64,000 nt of DNA from Raillietiella orientalis (taxonomy: Eukaryota), in assembly GCA_036172245.1 (NCBI GenBank), contig JAYWIR010000056.1, forward strand, positions 62,001 through 126,000. The letters are read 5' to 3'. The notes beneath the pieces were generated by a model. That model had not been told where the DNA came from, did not search any database, and saw only the letters and a program-made list of their open reading frames with translations. Below are positions 11,620 to 23,877 of the stretch, in pieces (the first letter of the stretch is position 1; each line of letters begins with the position of its first letter). A program made the position numbers and the translations under genes.

Positions 11620-14450
11620 TGCCTTGATTGAAATCTGCAGCTTGTTTTTCTGCGATGGGGTCATTCTTCTTCATTACTTGTCTTTCAAGCTTCCTTTGTT
11701 CCAAGCAGCTTCCTTCCCCTCCCTTCTTATCTGGAGGGTTAATTCCCTAATCTCTTCCCTTTTTTCCCTCACTGCTGTACTGAACTTCCCTCTTCCACCC
11801 TCGAATGGGAAGCAGGTATCCAGCACTATTATCCGATTTCGATCACTGGGTCCGTCATTAAGAGGAAATCTGTTTTTGGAGTTCTCTGGTTAGTGGACAC
11901 TTGGGTCCACTTTTCTTCGTTCACCGCGGTCGTGGTGATCATTTCTCGAATCAAGTTTATGTCGCAAATTGGAGCAGTTGAAGGTGCCTCTCGCATCTGT
12001 TTAATATATAAGACAACGTCTCATCCTCCGTCCTTCAGCGCCGACACGCTTGTTCTTATTTTATCCTGCGTCCGTCCCTGGCTTGTAGAACGTTCGAGCT
12101 GCGAGGATGAATCTGTAGTCCTGGAACCTGAGGTATCCTTCATTGGTGAAGAAGAAGCTACAGACGTGAGGTATGCTCACACACTGCATGGCTTTCCCTT
12201 GATTGACCTGATTTTGAATAAGTGATAGCCACGGGTTCTTTCTATGCAGTGGTCTCACGCCAGAGGTTAGTTTTCTCGTCATGCTGCTGCTGAAGATGAC
12301 GCCGTCGATCGTTATGTTTGGCTCTTCATCAGTAAATTCTTAGCATGCTCGAGGCCCTTCTTCCCTTGGACCATTGGCCTTCGAAATCCCTGCCGACCTA
12401 TACGGATTTTTCCGAGGGAGCACCTGTCATGAGATCCCAGAGATCTTCATGTGTTGCTGGTTCGATGATTCTCTTTTCGACCACTGCTTTAATTGTTTTA
12501 TAGGCCCATCTCTCCACCGCTCATTGTCCGAGGTGGTGAACAATTTTCAGCATCTGCCAAAAGTGAACATGTCGAATTCATTGGCCAGCTACATCAGTCC
12601 CAAGCAGCCTTTCCCTCTTTCTCCACATAGGTATTCGTTGCCTGCGCAGGACGGGGGATGCATAGTTTCCTTTACTCTCCGTCGAACTTCTTCATCGATG
12701 TAGTTCCATTTTTCCTTCTGATCGGTTGCCAGCCTTTCGTAGTGGACGGGTCTGGGAAAGATGAAGGTTTTCATGGCGTCAATTTTCTGCCATCCCTATA
12801 GTCCACTGTCTAGGGTGGCACTCGCCTTCTGGTAGTTTTCTTTTTTTGACGTACACTAGTTGACCAACACCTGCATCTTGAAGGGCTTTCCCAAGTATTC
12901 TTACGCCTCTGATAAGAAAATACAAGGAATTTTCCCTTTCTTCACCTTTATCATCATTTCTTTCGGTGCTTTCGGTTTTTTTTTTTTTTTTTTCACTGTG
13001 CTGTAACGAGTCGCATTTAGTCGGGTTCATGGGTAGACCCGGCCGCTCGATCCCCTAAACCTTGAAAATGAGCTACCCAAGCTTTCAATTCTTCCGTGTT
13101 TTTAGCTAGGATGACGGTGTCGTCAGCATAATTGCCAGAATTGCATTTTCCCCATAGCTTTCTTCCATGGAGGAGCGAAGGGTAGGTTTGCTTGCTAAGA
13201 CAAAGATAAATGAGCTCAGTGGACAGCCCTGTTTCACTCCTTGACTCAAGGAGGAGGTTCTTGTTCATGCTGATTCCAGTTAAATGTAAGTGGAACTTCC
13301 AGAGTAGATCTCTTGTGTGAATTCGCTTCCTGCTCCGGCCTCCTCCAGTGTTTCCATGTCCATCTCATGGGAAACTGTCCCGAAGGCATTCGCGAACTCG
13401 ATAAAGGCTGCCCGAAAATGATGCGGCCAGCAGCGAGCAGAATCCAGTCTCGTCTGAAGAACAAAGTTGTGCTCCAGTATCTCATCGAAGGGTAGGAAAC
13501 CCTTCTGTTTAGTGCCAATTGCTCCGTTTTCCATGATCTGGTTTTTAAGTCTGGAGGCAGGCATTTGTCATGCAGCATGCATACGCTGTTCCCGATGGAT
13601 ATTGGCCTCCAGTTGGGGATACCCTCTGCTGCGGAAGGGTCCTTTGCTATAAGTATAGTTCTGGTTCACTTCTACTTTTCCGGAATCTGAAGAAAGTTTC
13701 TCATTAGATTGAGGATCACTGTCAACATTTCTGCGTCAGGGTCTACACTTTCCCCATCCACAGTGCTTGAATCCATCCTCTAAAAGGCAGGAATTTTCGG
13801 CATTGTTCAGTATAACCGCTATCTCCTCCTGCATAAATGGAAATAAACCTTAGGGATTTGTTTGATTGTTTCTCCCCAAAAGTATCTTCCTTGGGAGTTC
13901 ATCATCAGACTTGTATTTCGTTTTAATTCCTTGTAGAAATGTTTCTCTAGTATCTCCTGTTCTAATTCACATGTCTGGTCTTGCTGGTCCAGGATGGCTA
14001 GATTGCTCTTCTTCTGTTTATATTATAGAGCTTCTGGACGGAGTATCTATCGCTCGGATCGATCCTCGGCCTCTTCCCGATCTTCATTCCTTCTTTGATT
14101 TTTGATACTTCGCATATTTTACCTATCAGCAGTTGGTATGCCTCAAGGAAGTCCTCCCAGCGAGGCTTCTCTTCATCTATCTTCTCTTCAAACCGTCTGG
14201 AGATGCTTTCAGGGAACTTCGAGGAATAATTCAGTCTTTGTATCCACTTTGCCTTCTTGTTCCCTGGGTTCCATATCTCACGTATCGTTTTCGTTTTGCT
14301 TCTCTCCTCAGACAGCTGTTCTTGTTTGTCCTTCTGAGCGACTGGGGCTGGGGGACACGAACCCAAAAGAAGCGGGGAGTCGCATCATAATCTGTAATCA
14401 GCAGGAGCAGGTTGTATTTGCTCTTCTTATATGTCTTCTTTGAAAGCAAA
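11620..14450 (-). mobile_element. Decayed Utopia/NeSL-type non-LTR retrotransposon (RT plus restriction-like endonuclease)
   Basis: VQKLYNINRRRAI, QKGFLPFDEILEHNFVL, FIEFANAFGTVSH, YADD, QGKAMQCV..GYLRFQDYRFILAAR and LDTCFPFE (DVTxPFE-like) in correct order; multiple frameshifts. Confidence 0.75.
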
Positions 14451-14599
14451 AGAAAAAGTTGCCTGACTAAAATACTAAATGAATAAGACAGGCTAGCTAA
14501 CGAATGCTGCGACTCTGAGTGCCACACCCCGAGGACTTTTGCGCTGGAGCGAGCTACTAGATATTCCAGAGGAAGACCTGTAGTGACCCTAAAGGTCAC

Positions 14600-16500
14600 A
14601 ATGAGCCCCTGCACCCTCCCCTTGAAGTGGCAGAAGTCGGAACCTACTGTGTAATGCCCGCCGGCATCACTGGGCTCTGGGAGTGTGGACTCGAACTGTT
14701 GCAGGCAGGGGGAGCAGGAAAGGTCCTCTCCTATGTCCTGGGCGGGCACGGATTCTGGACACCATCCTACTGCTGGAGCCCGAGACGTGCATCATGGTCG
14801 CAATCGCAAGCGTGCTCAACTTTTACTGTGATGACCCGAACATGGCTTCGAGGGCGGGCACTTCCAACTCTTGGCTCAGCAAGTTGTCGCGCAAGGAGCT
14901 GTTCAGAGCGCGCCCATGCAAACTGCCTTAACGTCACTTCCAGCGATCCCTCTGCTTGTGGAAGGCCCCGTTTTGCGGATTCCTGCCTGCGGACGCGCGG
15001 CACATCTCCAACTCCTGGAGGCACTCTCTCCAGTCGCACTCGTGGCAGCGAGTACGGGTGTGCACTTCCTGAAGCTTTCCTCTTATATCTCCAAACGGAG
15101 AGCACACGTTTCCAGATACACATCGCGTCGTCACGAAGGCAGAGCGACCTCGGGTCAAAGGAGTGGCGGGAGAGCTCTAATGTTCCTTACTGCTATGTTC
15201 CAGGAGCGAGAAGTAGAAAAAGACCTCCGGCTGTGGTCTCGACAAGGTCGGAGTCGCCGTCACATGGGAGTCTGAAAGGTGCCTGGCACAGTGAGCACAG
15301 AAAGACAAGAACAGTTTGTCACGGACAGAAGGGTTTTCCCGAAGGAGGAAAATTGCATTTTTTTCTATAGAATGTTTGACGAGGAGAAACGATACTGGTG
15401 ATCGTCTTGGTAGCAAGATGGTTCCGGTGGATGAGCATACCCCATCGGCTCTGTCTTTCGTTAGAGATTTGCAAGGTGCGGTGCCGAGTAGGTGCCAACG
15501 CGTTTCCAGCATGGCTCGCGAATGAAGCAAGCGTTTGGTACGGCCGCCGCCGGCAGTGAACTGTCGAGGTTTGACTCGCCGGCAGTGCAGACCACCATTA
15601 TGCCTACCGTGCTCTGTACGGTGGCTGCCGTTCGCCCTGGAAATCCACTGGGCGTAGCTCCGTGATTTGGGCCCACGGAGTGAGGATTCTCATCTTGCAA
15701 CGACTTTCACTCTTTGACGCAAACCCTGCGCCCAGCATCCGTGGAGCACGTCCTGCCCCACCTTCCCAACGCTTGCCGGATTCTCCAGCAAGAAGACCCA
15801 CAGATAGTTTCCTTTATTGCTCAAGACGGCTCCCCGCATGCGTTCCCAGCAGTCCGCTGCGCCCACTGCTTGCGGATTTCCCGACATACGACGGATTCCT
15901 GAAAAAGGAAAAGCGTCTTGGAGTGCGGCGCGCGCAGTACCTGCCGAAAATACCTCGGTTGATGTTTGAGGACCGGGTAGGGTATCCAAATTTCGGTGTT
16001 GCAGTAGGTGGTGGTGGTGCAAAGCGTGCAAGGGAGATTTCTTTACAGAATACCCTTACAGATGTCGATAGGGCGTAACGAAGCACCTATCCCAACATTT
16101 CTTGGATTGCTGACGAGGCCCACAGGAGAAATGGGTGGGATGGAAAAGAAAAGAAAAAGGATTATGTGGGATACGGGAGGACTAGAAGGGATTGCATTCC
16201 GTTTCGTCGTGTCCTCTGCAACCGATGCAAGATTCTAGGAGACTTATGTGTTCCCAAGAGGGTTCACCTCGAGGCGACTCTTAGAAACCGGGTTGCGAAG
16301 AGGAGTCATTTTGTGGTTCTGGCCTCTTTCGGCTTCGCTCCTTGCAGCAACCACACACTGCAAACAGCAGAGCGTTGCGGTTGCGGCTTCGGAAGACATG
16401 GCATTCCGCACAAAGGGAAATATTGGAACGTCCCTGGGGCAGTCCATCGTGATGAAAGGGACCGTGGAAAGACGTTCACAGTGTCAGAAGGGCAATACAA
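14600..16500 (+). mobile_element. Decayed R1-like LINE RT and C-terminal region
   Basis: AGKVLSYVL, LSSYISKR, a PQGS-like remnant and a C-terminal CGCG..H knuckle remnant; frameshifted. Confidence 0.35.
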
Positions 16501-16987
16501 TGAACAAACGCAGGAAAGATTCCAGTTTTCCGCACCTGGTGCCGTTCGGCGGGTTACCCCTTTATTCTGTATTTCTGTGTTCTCACAGAGCCGTCTACCC
16601 TCCGGCTATCTTACCCGCGCGCATCCTCCTTCAGGACAGAAAGTTGAGCGCCAAACTGGCGCCTGAGGTTCTCGCCTCTGCCTCCATCTCGAGCGAGCTG
16701 CGAGCGCCCTGCATGGAATGGAACCACCTTCCCGCATGGAAGGCGCAGGGACGTCGTCGCTTAGCCGTCTGCCGACCGTCGGACGCTGCGCTTGGAAAAG
16801 AACAGCTTATGAGAACCCCGCAGCGTGATTCATAGCACTTCTCTGGGCTCTGCCGACTCGTTGGACCGCGGTGTGTCTGCACACCACGCTGCATGCAGCA
16901 GTGCGTCCAGGCATAGGCAGCAGCGGCGAACGACGTGATGGCATCGAAACGGAAAAAGCGCGAGCGAGCAACGGCAGCTGGCTATCG

Positions 16988-17390
16988 TTGTCACCTGGGT
17001 GTGCCAGGGCGTTTATTTAGCTACGAATAAAATTGACAAGGATGTGATTGGACGGGTGGTTCAACCATGCCCGTTTCAATGGGAGCTGCCAGGTTGCCGG
17101 TTCGCAGACCGGTAAGGTCCGCCACAGCATCAGAGGAGAGGGGGCAAACGGACAAAAACAAAGATAAAATACATTTGGGGATGAAGGGAGAGGGTAAGGG
17201 TGATGCGGAAAGGGATCATACTCTGCTGGGGCCGCTCCTTTGCATCCCTTCCAAGATGCCGGTAAGACCTTGCTGTATAGAGTTGTTCAGGTGGGGCAGT
17301 CTCGTTGCCATCTTCATGGATCAAACGGCGATGTGAATTGCATCCTTCTCCTCTCGCATTGCTCCAGGCAACAAAGATCACGCGTAAACA
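16988..17390 (-). mobile_element. Diverged Tx1/L1-family 3' end fragment
   Basis: Ends AATAAACGCCCTGGCACACCCAGGTGACAA on minus. 3' UTR layout resembles 2830-2960. Confidence 0.65.
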
Positions 17391-17399
17391 GCCAAGGGC

Positions 17400-17690
17400 A
17401 GCTAGCGAGACTGCAGGTCAATGGGCTTTGTGAACGAAAAGGGGTTTCAGAGAGTCCCTGGAGTTGCCACAGGGGGTTCCTAGGGTGGAAACAAACACTC
17501 GGAGAGTGTCTCCAAAGAAGTTGGAGGGTGACACAGTCCCCTCGCAGGTGCAGGAGGGATTCATGCCTACGCGTGAGAGGAAGCGACTTTATTCTCGGGA
17601 ACCCTTACTGGATTCATAGGGTGGCTTCCTCTCGACGTACTGCCTATTCCGAAGGATTCCATGCACGTTCAGAAGTGAAGAGGGCCTGAG
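17400..17690 (+). mobile_element. Family X SINE-like repeat, diverged 3'-half fragment
   Basis: GCGTGAGAGGAAG..CCCTTACTGGATTCATAGGGTGG..CCTATTCCGAAG matches 43597-43675. Confidence 0.55.
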
Positions 17691-18410
17691 TTCCCGAGAA
17701 ATCAAGCGAACTCGCGCGGAATTCTCTCTAGACGACGTCAAGACGGCGTTTGAGCAGCTGCGTCAGGACGTGGAAGCGGACCCGTCACGCACTGCCGGCC
17801 GTTACTGCCCGCCTACCTGCGCTTCTTCCGCCAACTGCTGAACTGCGTCTCCCAGGCAACGATGCCTGCCCGCCTCCTTCCACCGATGCAGGATGCGGCT
17901 ACTCTCGGAGGGTGGCGGCGGGGACCTCCGCACAGTCCACCAGCCCCGCGCGCCAAGGAAGGCGCAAGAAAAAGCCTCCGCTGCCGCCGCGCGCGCCGTC
18001 GCAAACACCTGCGGCGAGAGGGCAGCTGCCGACTCCGCGACTCCGAAAGGGGAAACGGCGCCGAAGACGCCCTCCAAGAATGCTGGACCAGCTCCGAGCT
18101 GCCAGCAGAAGAAGAGGCAGGCGAAACGCCCGCCGCGCGCACGGAATTCGGACTCCGAGGTGGAGTCCGAGGGCAGCGCTGAGGCTCGCCAAGCCCCGGT
18201 CAAGGCCAGGGCTGCGCGCAAGCCAAAACTTGCCAGGCAAGAGCCTGATGCCGGGAACGGTTCCCGATGCTCCTCGGAGCACGAGGCAATGGTCCTCGAC
18301 TCCACCGAGCCAGCCGCGAGCGGCGCGTCGGGGACAGGAAGCGCTTGCGCTACCCCATCCGCCGTGCTCCCGGCTGATGCCTCGCCGGACGGGGCGAGGA
18401 ACGCACCTCC

Positions 18411-20134
18411 ATGTCCGTAGCAGCAATGCGCGGTCTCGCTTCTTCCCGTCGTGTCCGAGTGGCCTGTTGGAACGTCAACGGGCTGCAGGACAACGAGAAG
18501 AGGCGATTGGTTGGCAACTTCTTGCGCGACTTCGATCTGGCCCTGCTGGAGGAGATTCACGCACTCTCCGAGCAGCAAGCGGCCGATCTGCAAATTCGCG
18601 CAGGCGGCACGCTCCATTGGAGGTCAGGCTCCCAGAATACCTGCGGAGTCGCATTCCTTGTCCGGGACAGGGTAGCGGGAGCGGTGCGGAGCGTTTGTTT
18701 CGACGAGGAAGGTCGTGTGGGCCAACTTGTCCTCAAGTGGTCCGAATCGATCAACCTTGTCGTCACGAACGTGTACGCGCTGTGCGGCTCCGCGCGTCAC
18801 ACCGAGAAACTGGAGTTTTTCGAGAGACTGCGCGACCGCTGGCTCAGCAACTCCGGCCCCGACGTGGCTCACCTCGTAGCCGGGGACTTCAACGTCCACG
18901 CGCTATCGGAGGAGTCTCACCGTCGCCGGGAGAGACGGCTGGTGAACGAGGTGTGCGCGTCCGTGCACGCCTCGAATTTGCTGGCCGACGATCCCGGGAT
19001 GCGTGCTTTGCCGGACCATGTGTTCCTCGACGATCACCTGCATTATCGGGTGGGTCGAAGAGGTCCCGTGCCGTCTGAGCTTTCCGACCACTACAGGCTG
19101 GAGTTTGAGCTACTCCCGCCTGGCAAGGGCCCTCCAACGCACTCTGGAGGTTGCCGGCCGACTGGTTGAGAAATCCGGTGGCTGCGGAGCACCTCCGCCA
19201 GCATCTCCAGACCTTGGCCGTTCGAGAGCTCGTGGACTGGGACGATCTGAGAAGATCGGTCCGCGAGTTCTGCAGCCGGTTCCATTTGCGCCTGCTTCCC
19301 CGTGGCTTCGGAGAAGGTGTGGCCAACAGCAGAGAGTTTCTGCAGGCCCGCCAATTCCTCCGATGCCCGGACGTCCGGTACCTTGCGGAGTACAAGGCCA
19401 AGGTCGAGCGCCAGGTCTGGCAGTCAGGAGCAGCTTGTCTGCTCGACGACCAGGGCCTTTAGTGCTCGGGCGCGGCCGAAGTTCGCCGCCTCCTAAAGCG
19501 CTATTACTCCTCGTTGTACGCTAGGGAGCCGACGGAACGCAGTCTCTCGGAGCTGCTTCTGCCGGCAGATTCCCCGGCGGTCGACGAGGAGGAACGAGCC
19601 ACTCTTGACTTGCCCTTCACGGCGGAAGAAGTGTCTTCCGCCATAGCGGGCCTCAAGAAGCGCAAGGCGCCAGTTGAGGATGGTCTTTTTGCGGAGTTCT
19701 TCCAGTGCTTCGCGGCGGAACTCATCCCCCTGGTGCTGAGGCTTTCTGCGCTGATGCGAGAGACGGGCAATGTCCCGGCCTCGTTTCGCTCAGCAAGGGT
19801 GCGTCTGTTGCCGAAAGGCGGAGACATGCGCCATTTAAGCAACTGGCGTCCCATCACCTTGGTGAATGCGGACGTCAAGTTGTTCTCCTGGCTGTGGGTC
19901 GCGCGCCTGGGCAGGATCGCTGGATCCGTGGTAAGTCCGGAGCAGTCTTACGCTGTTCCCGGGCGGTCCATGGAGGCGAACCTGTTCTTCGCGCGCACGT
20001 GGCTCGAGCTGCAACGCTGCGTGGCGCACGACAGCCAGGCAACCGCATCTGCGGCTGCCGAGGCTAGGCGTCGCTGCATTCGGCCTGAGGAAGCGCCGGG
20101 TGCCTTGGCGGTCGCGGTCGATCTCCGTAAGGCG
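18411..20134 (+). pseudogene. Element A ORF2 (APE endonuclease and RT N-terminal half), frameshifted
   Basis: ORFs 18411..19169, 19151..19462 and 19514.. are consecutive parts of one EN-RT protein in shifted frames. Confidence 0.85.
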
Positions 20135-23100
20135 GTTACTGGCTTAGCCATCCGTAGGCGGCGGATCATCTCCGTCAGTACCTCCGAACCTTCGTCATCC
20201 GCGAACTCGCGGACTGGGATCATTCAAAGAGATCAGTCCGCGAGTTCTGCGAACGGTTTTCCTTGCACCGACTTCGGCGAGGCTTTGGAGAAGGGGTTGC
20301 CAACAGCAGGACTTTCCTGCAGGCGCGCACCTTTTTCAGACGCGCTGATGTCAGCCGGCTTGCGGAATACAAGGCGAGAGCCGAGCGCCAGGTCTGGCAG
20401 TCTGGAGCATCTTGCTTGCTCGACGAAAAAGGCCTGGAGTGCTCGACTCCAGCCGGTATTCGCCGCATCGTAAGGCGTTATTACTCCTCGCTATACGCGG
20501 AAGCGCCTACGGAAAATATCTTTTCGGAGATACTTCTGTCCCAGGATGCTCCCGTTGTTAGCGAAGAGGAACGCGCATGTCTCGACGAGTCCTTCACGGC
20601 AGAGGAAGTTTCCTCCGCTATCGCGGGACTCAAGAGATGAAAAGCACCAGGTGAGGACGGGCTACCCGCGGAGTTCTATCAGAACTTCTCGGCGGAACTC
20701 GTCCCTCTGGTGCTTAGCCTCTCCTCGTTGATGAGGGTCCCGGGGGATGTCCCCAATTCCTTCCGCTCAGCGAGGGTGCGTCTCCTGCCGAAAGGTGGAG
20801 ACGCACGCCATCTTAACAACTGGCGTTTGATCACCCTGGTGAACTCGGACGTCAAGTTGTTCTCTAAGCTGTGGGTTTCGCTGCTAGGGAGAATCGCGCA
20901 GTCCTTGGTAAGCCCGGAGCAGACTTACGCTGTTCCCGGGCGGTCCATGGACGCGAACCTCCTGTTTGCCCGCACCTGGATGCAGCTGCAGGAGCGCGTA
21001 GCGCAGCAAAGCCGATCCGTGTCCAAGGCCGCTGCCAAAGGCACACGGCATCGACAGAAGCGGCAGGAGGGTACGCCTGGTGCCTTGGCGGTCGCAGTCG
21101 ACCTGCACAAGGCGTTCGATTGCGTGAACCAAGGGCTCTTATTAGAGCTCTTGGAACGCCTGGGTCTCCCGGCGCATCTCCTGAAGTACTTGCGCGCTTG
21201 CTGGCGCCACGTGCTAACCTGCATTTCTTTTAGCGGCTGCCACGTGTACGGTATTCCCGTGCGCAGGGGCATCAGACAGGGTGACAGCTTGAGCCCGTTG
21301 CTCTTCAGCATCTTCTTCGAGTTGGTGCTGATGGCGTACAGGCTGTCGTTGAAGCACCAGCCTAGCTCCTGCCCGGGTACGCCTGCCGTGGCTGCCTATG
21401 CAGACGACCTGCTTCTTCTGCTCCCCATGTCCACCCCGGCGTCCAGTGTCGAAGATTTCTTCGATCTGATTCGTCAGGGAGCGGGCATGAGTGTGAACCG
21501 GAAGAAGAGCGTGGTTGTACCTGTAGGAGCGTCGTGGGAGGGGCAGTCCGACTGTATCCGCCTGGGGATCCACACGGCAGGGTATTTCAAGTACCTTGGA
21601 GTTCCGCTGGGCGACCTCGGTTCTGCCGAGGCGTGGTCGGACTGCCTTCAAAAGGCAGAGTTGGCAGCCAGCCCGTTCACTAACGGCAAGGTCACCTTGC
21701 CGGAACGGGCAACTATTTGGAGCACCTTCGTGGCCCCCCTCCTTCGACCCCTGTTTTTTGTCTTGGACCCCCCCTACGCGGCCAAAGAGCGGGCAAAACG
21801 CCTGCTAAGGAACGCACTCTGGGGTCCGGCGCGATCCAGGATCCGCCTGAAAGACCTCGCGGCTCCACGTCGGGATGCTGGTCTTGGCATCCTTACGATG
21901 GAGAGAATCGGACTGCAAGTGCAGTTTCGGATGCTTGCACTGTGTGCCGAGCTATGGACTTCCCCCCTGTGTGCGCCTGCGCGCATCCTCCTAAGGAGGT
22001 GTGCAGGCAGTGAAGGACTTCTTTCCTTGGTGCCTGGCATGCGTCACAGGAAACAGGGATTTGGCTATCCTCTGAGGCAAATCGCCTCCCTATTGGAAGC
22101 CAATGCATGGATTTCCTGCTGCCCGATGAACCACAATGCTTGGCGGCAGGAATCCATTGATTCTTGGGCTGCATCCTTAGGAATGAGCCGTGAAGATCTC
22201 CGCTTCCTGCGTCGATTTCAACCTTGGTCCCTCCAAGATGTCATGCAGGACGAGGTGAAGTTTTCCTCCCTGGCCGCCACGCCCCTTGCCGAAGCACTAT
22301 CTGCACTCGAGGATCGAGATGACAGTAGCCAGCCTGCGAAGTGGGAGTTCTCCTGCACCATTGCAGGAAGAACAAAACCAGTTGGCGAATGGGCCACGAG
22401 CGAGCTTGCGGATGCCGCCACTCCTCGTGCAACACCAAAGGGATTACTTCGGTTGGAAGAAGCACTAGGTGTTGCCCCCGAGGAACTTACAATCCCTCCT
22501 TGGTGTTTGGACGGTTCGGTGTTTCCCCTTGCATGGAAGCAAGACGTCTTGCTCTTCTTGCACTGGGGCTTGCGCTACAACGAGCGGCGCCACCGAGTTT
22601 CCGGTGGGGTGGCTTCTCCCTACTGTGCCCGGTGTGGGGCGACGGAGTCGTTTCCGCACATTGTTATGGAGTGCGGTGCCCTCCAGAAACTCTGGCGGAG
22701 GCTAGCAGCAGCTCTCCCGCTTCCGGGGGACACCGCTCGAGAAGTGCTGCGACGGTTCTTCCAGTCACAAGGACTTTCGATGGCTGCGACGATTTCCACT
22801 GTTGGCTGCATCCGCGCCATCGCCACGGTCCGAGACGTGCTGGAGAACACTGGACAGCAATGTTGTGTCACCAGGAAGGCAGCCGACTTCATCAGGTCGG
22901 CAGCTGGGTGGCGACACTTATGGGAAGACACAACGGAGCATCTAACCGGTATCCATCGCCGGATGAGAAACGGCTTAGAACGACGAACCCGGTGATCCGC
23001 CCTCATTTTATTTTTAATTGATTTTTTTGTTCTCGCATCCTTTTCCCTATACGCTCCGCAGTGGTTTTGGTGCTGAAACTTTTGAGTTTCCCGGTGACTG

Positions 23101-23323
23101 CGGAGCGTCACCAAAGTTCCCTGGTCCACTCCTCCAGTTTAAATTTTTTTTTTTTTGGTTTTGTTTTTGTTTTTGAACTCCCCTTAGTCGTCCGTGTTCT
23201 TCCGTTTTCCTGGCCTGCGTGCCAGTGGTGAATCTCCGCTGCATGTCTTCATAGTCGTGGGCTGGAAACAACTGTTTCTAGCTCGTTAATATCAATAAAC
23301 GTCCCGGCGTGACCGGGTAAAAA
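20135..23323 (+). mobile_element. Tx1/L1-type LINE (element B), 5'-truncated just after the EN domain, nested in element A
   Basis: 14-bp TSD ATCTCCGTAAGGCG at 20121-20134 and 23324-23337. Ends AATAAACGTCCCGGCGTGACCGGGTAAAAA. Confidence 0.93.
20263..22995 (+). CDS. Reverse transcriptase ORF2 of element B, one in-frame TGA at 20638-20640
   Basis: ORFs 20263..20640 and 20710..22995 share a frame. Motifs QTYAVPGRS, DLHKAFD, GIRQGDSLSPLLF, YADD, KYLGVPL and C-terminal CARCG..E..H..EC. Confidence 0.9.
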
Positions 23324-23607
23324 ATCTCCGTAAGGCGTTCGACTGCGTAAATCATGATCTGCTCCTGGAGCTTCTGCAACGCCTCGGTCTCCTGGTGCAC
23401 CTCGTGGCGTATTTGCGCGCTTGCTGGCGCCACGCGCTCATTTCGATCTCTTTCAGCGGCTGCTGCGTGTACGGTGTGCCGGTGCGGCGGGGCATCAGGC
23501 AGGGGGACAGCTTAAGCCCGTTGCTCTTCAGCATCTTCTTTGAGTTGGTGCTGAGGGCGTACAGGCTGACGCTGGCCAATCTGCCGAGCTCTTGTTCAGG
23601 AATGCCG

Positions 23608-23877
23608 TTGCTCTCCGTTATACGACCGGAGGGGAAACTCCCCACTCTGGATTCCTGGAATGACCCGAGGGTCGACTTCCGTTGCGTCGGCCTTCATCGG
23701 GGACCTCGGGCTTAAACCACCACCGGGGCCACGCCCGAATGTCTCGGCCGGCCAGCGCCATTTTGCAGGAGAAACTCGGAACCCAACGACGCAGTGGCGT
23801 CGGTTTCTGCCGCAGTATTCGAACCCGCGACGCACGGTGCCACGCGCGGAAGCCTTAACCACAAAGCCTCCGACGCG
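23608..23877 (-). mobile_element. Family X SINE-like repeat, 5' third with the best-preserved tRNA-like head
   Basis: CGCGTCGGAGGCTTTGTGGTTAAGGCTTCCGCGCGTGGCACCGTGCGTCGCGGGTTCGAATAC: A-box-like TGGTTAAGG, B box GGTTCGAAT. Confidence 0.8.

Larger units (their letters stand above)
17695..23607 (+). mobile_element. Tx1/L1-type LINE (element A): ORF1 3' part, endonuclease and RT; interrupted by element B, truncated by family X
   Basis: Low-complexity basic ORF1 tail ends at 18420, overlapping the ORF2 ATG at 18411. EN motifs WNVNGL, LEEIH, GDFN, SDH. RT motifs NWRPITLVNADVK, QSYAVPGRS, DLRKA|FDCV resuming at 23338, then GIRQGDSLSPLLF. Confidence 0.9.

Noticed and set aside
17750..19078. 442-aa ORF and overlapping antisense ORFs
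   Set aside because: GC-rich shadow frames of the LINE ORF1/endonuclease.
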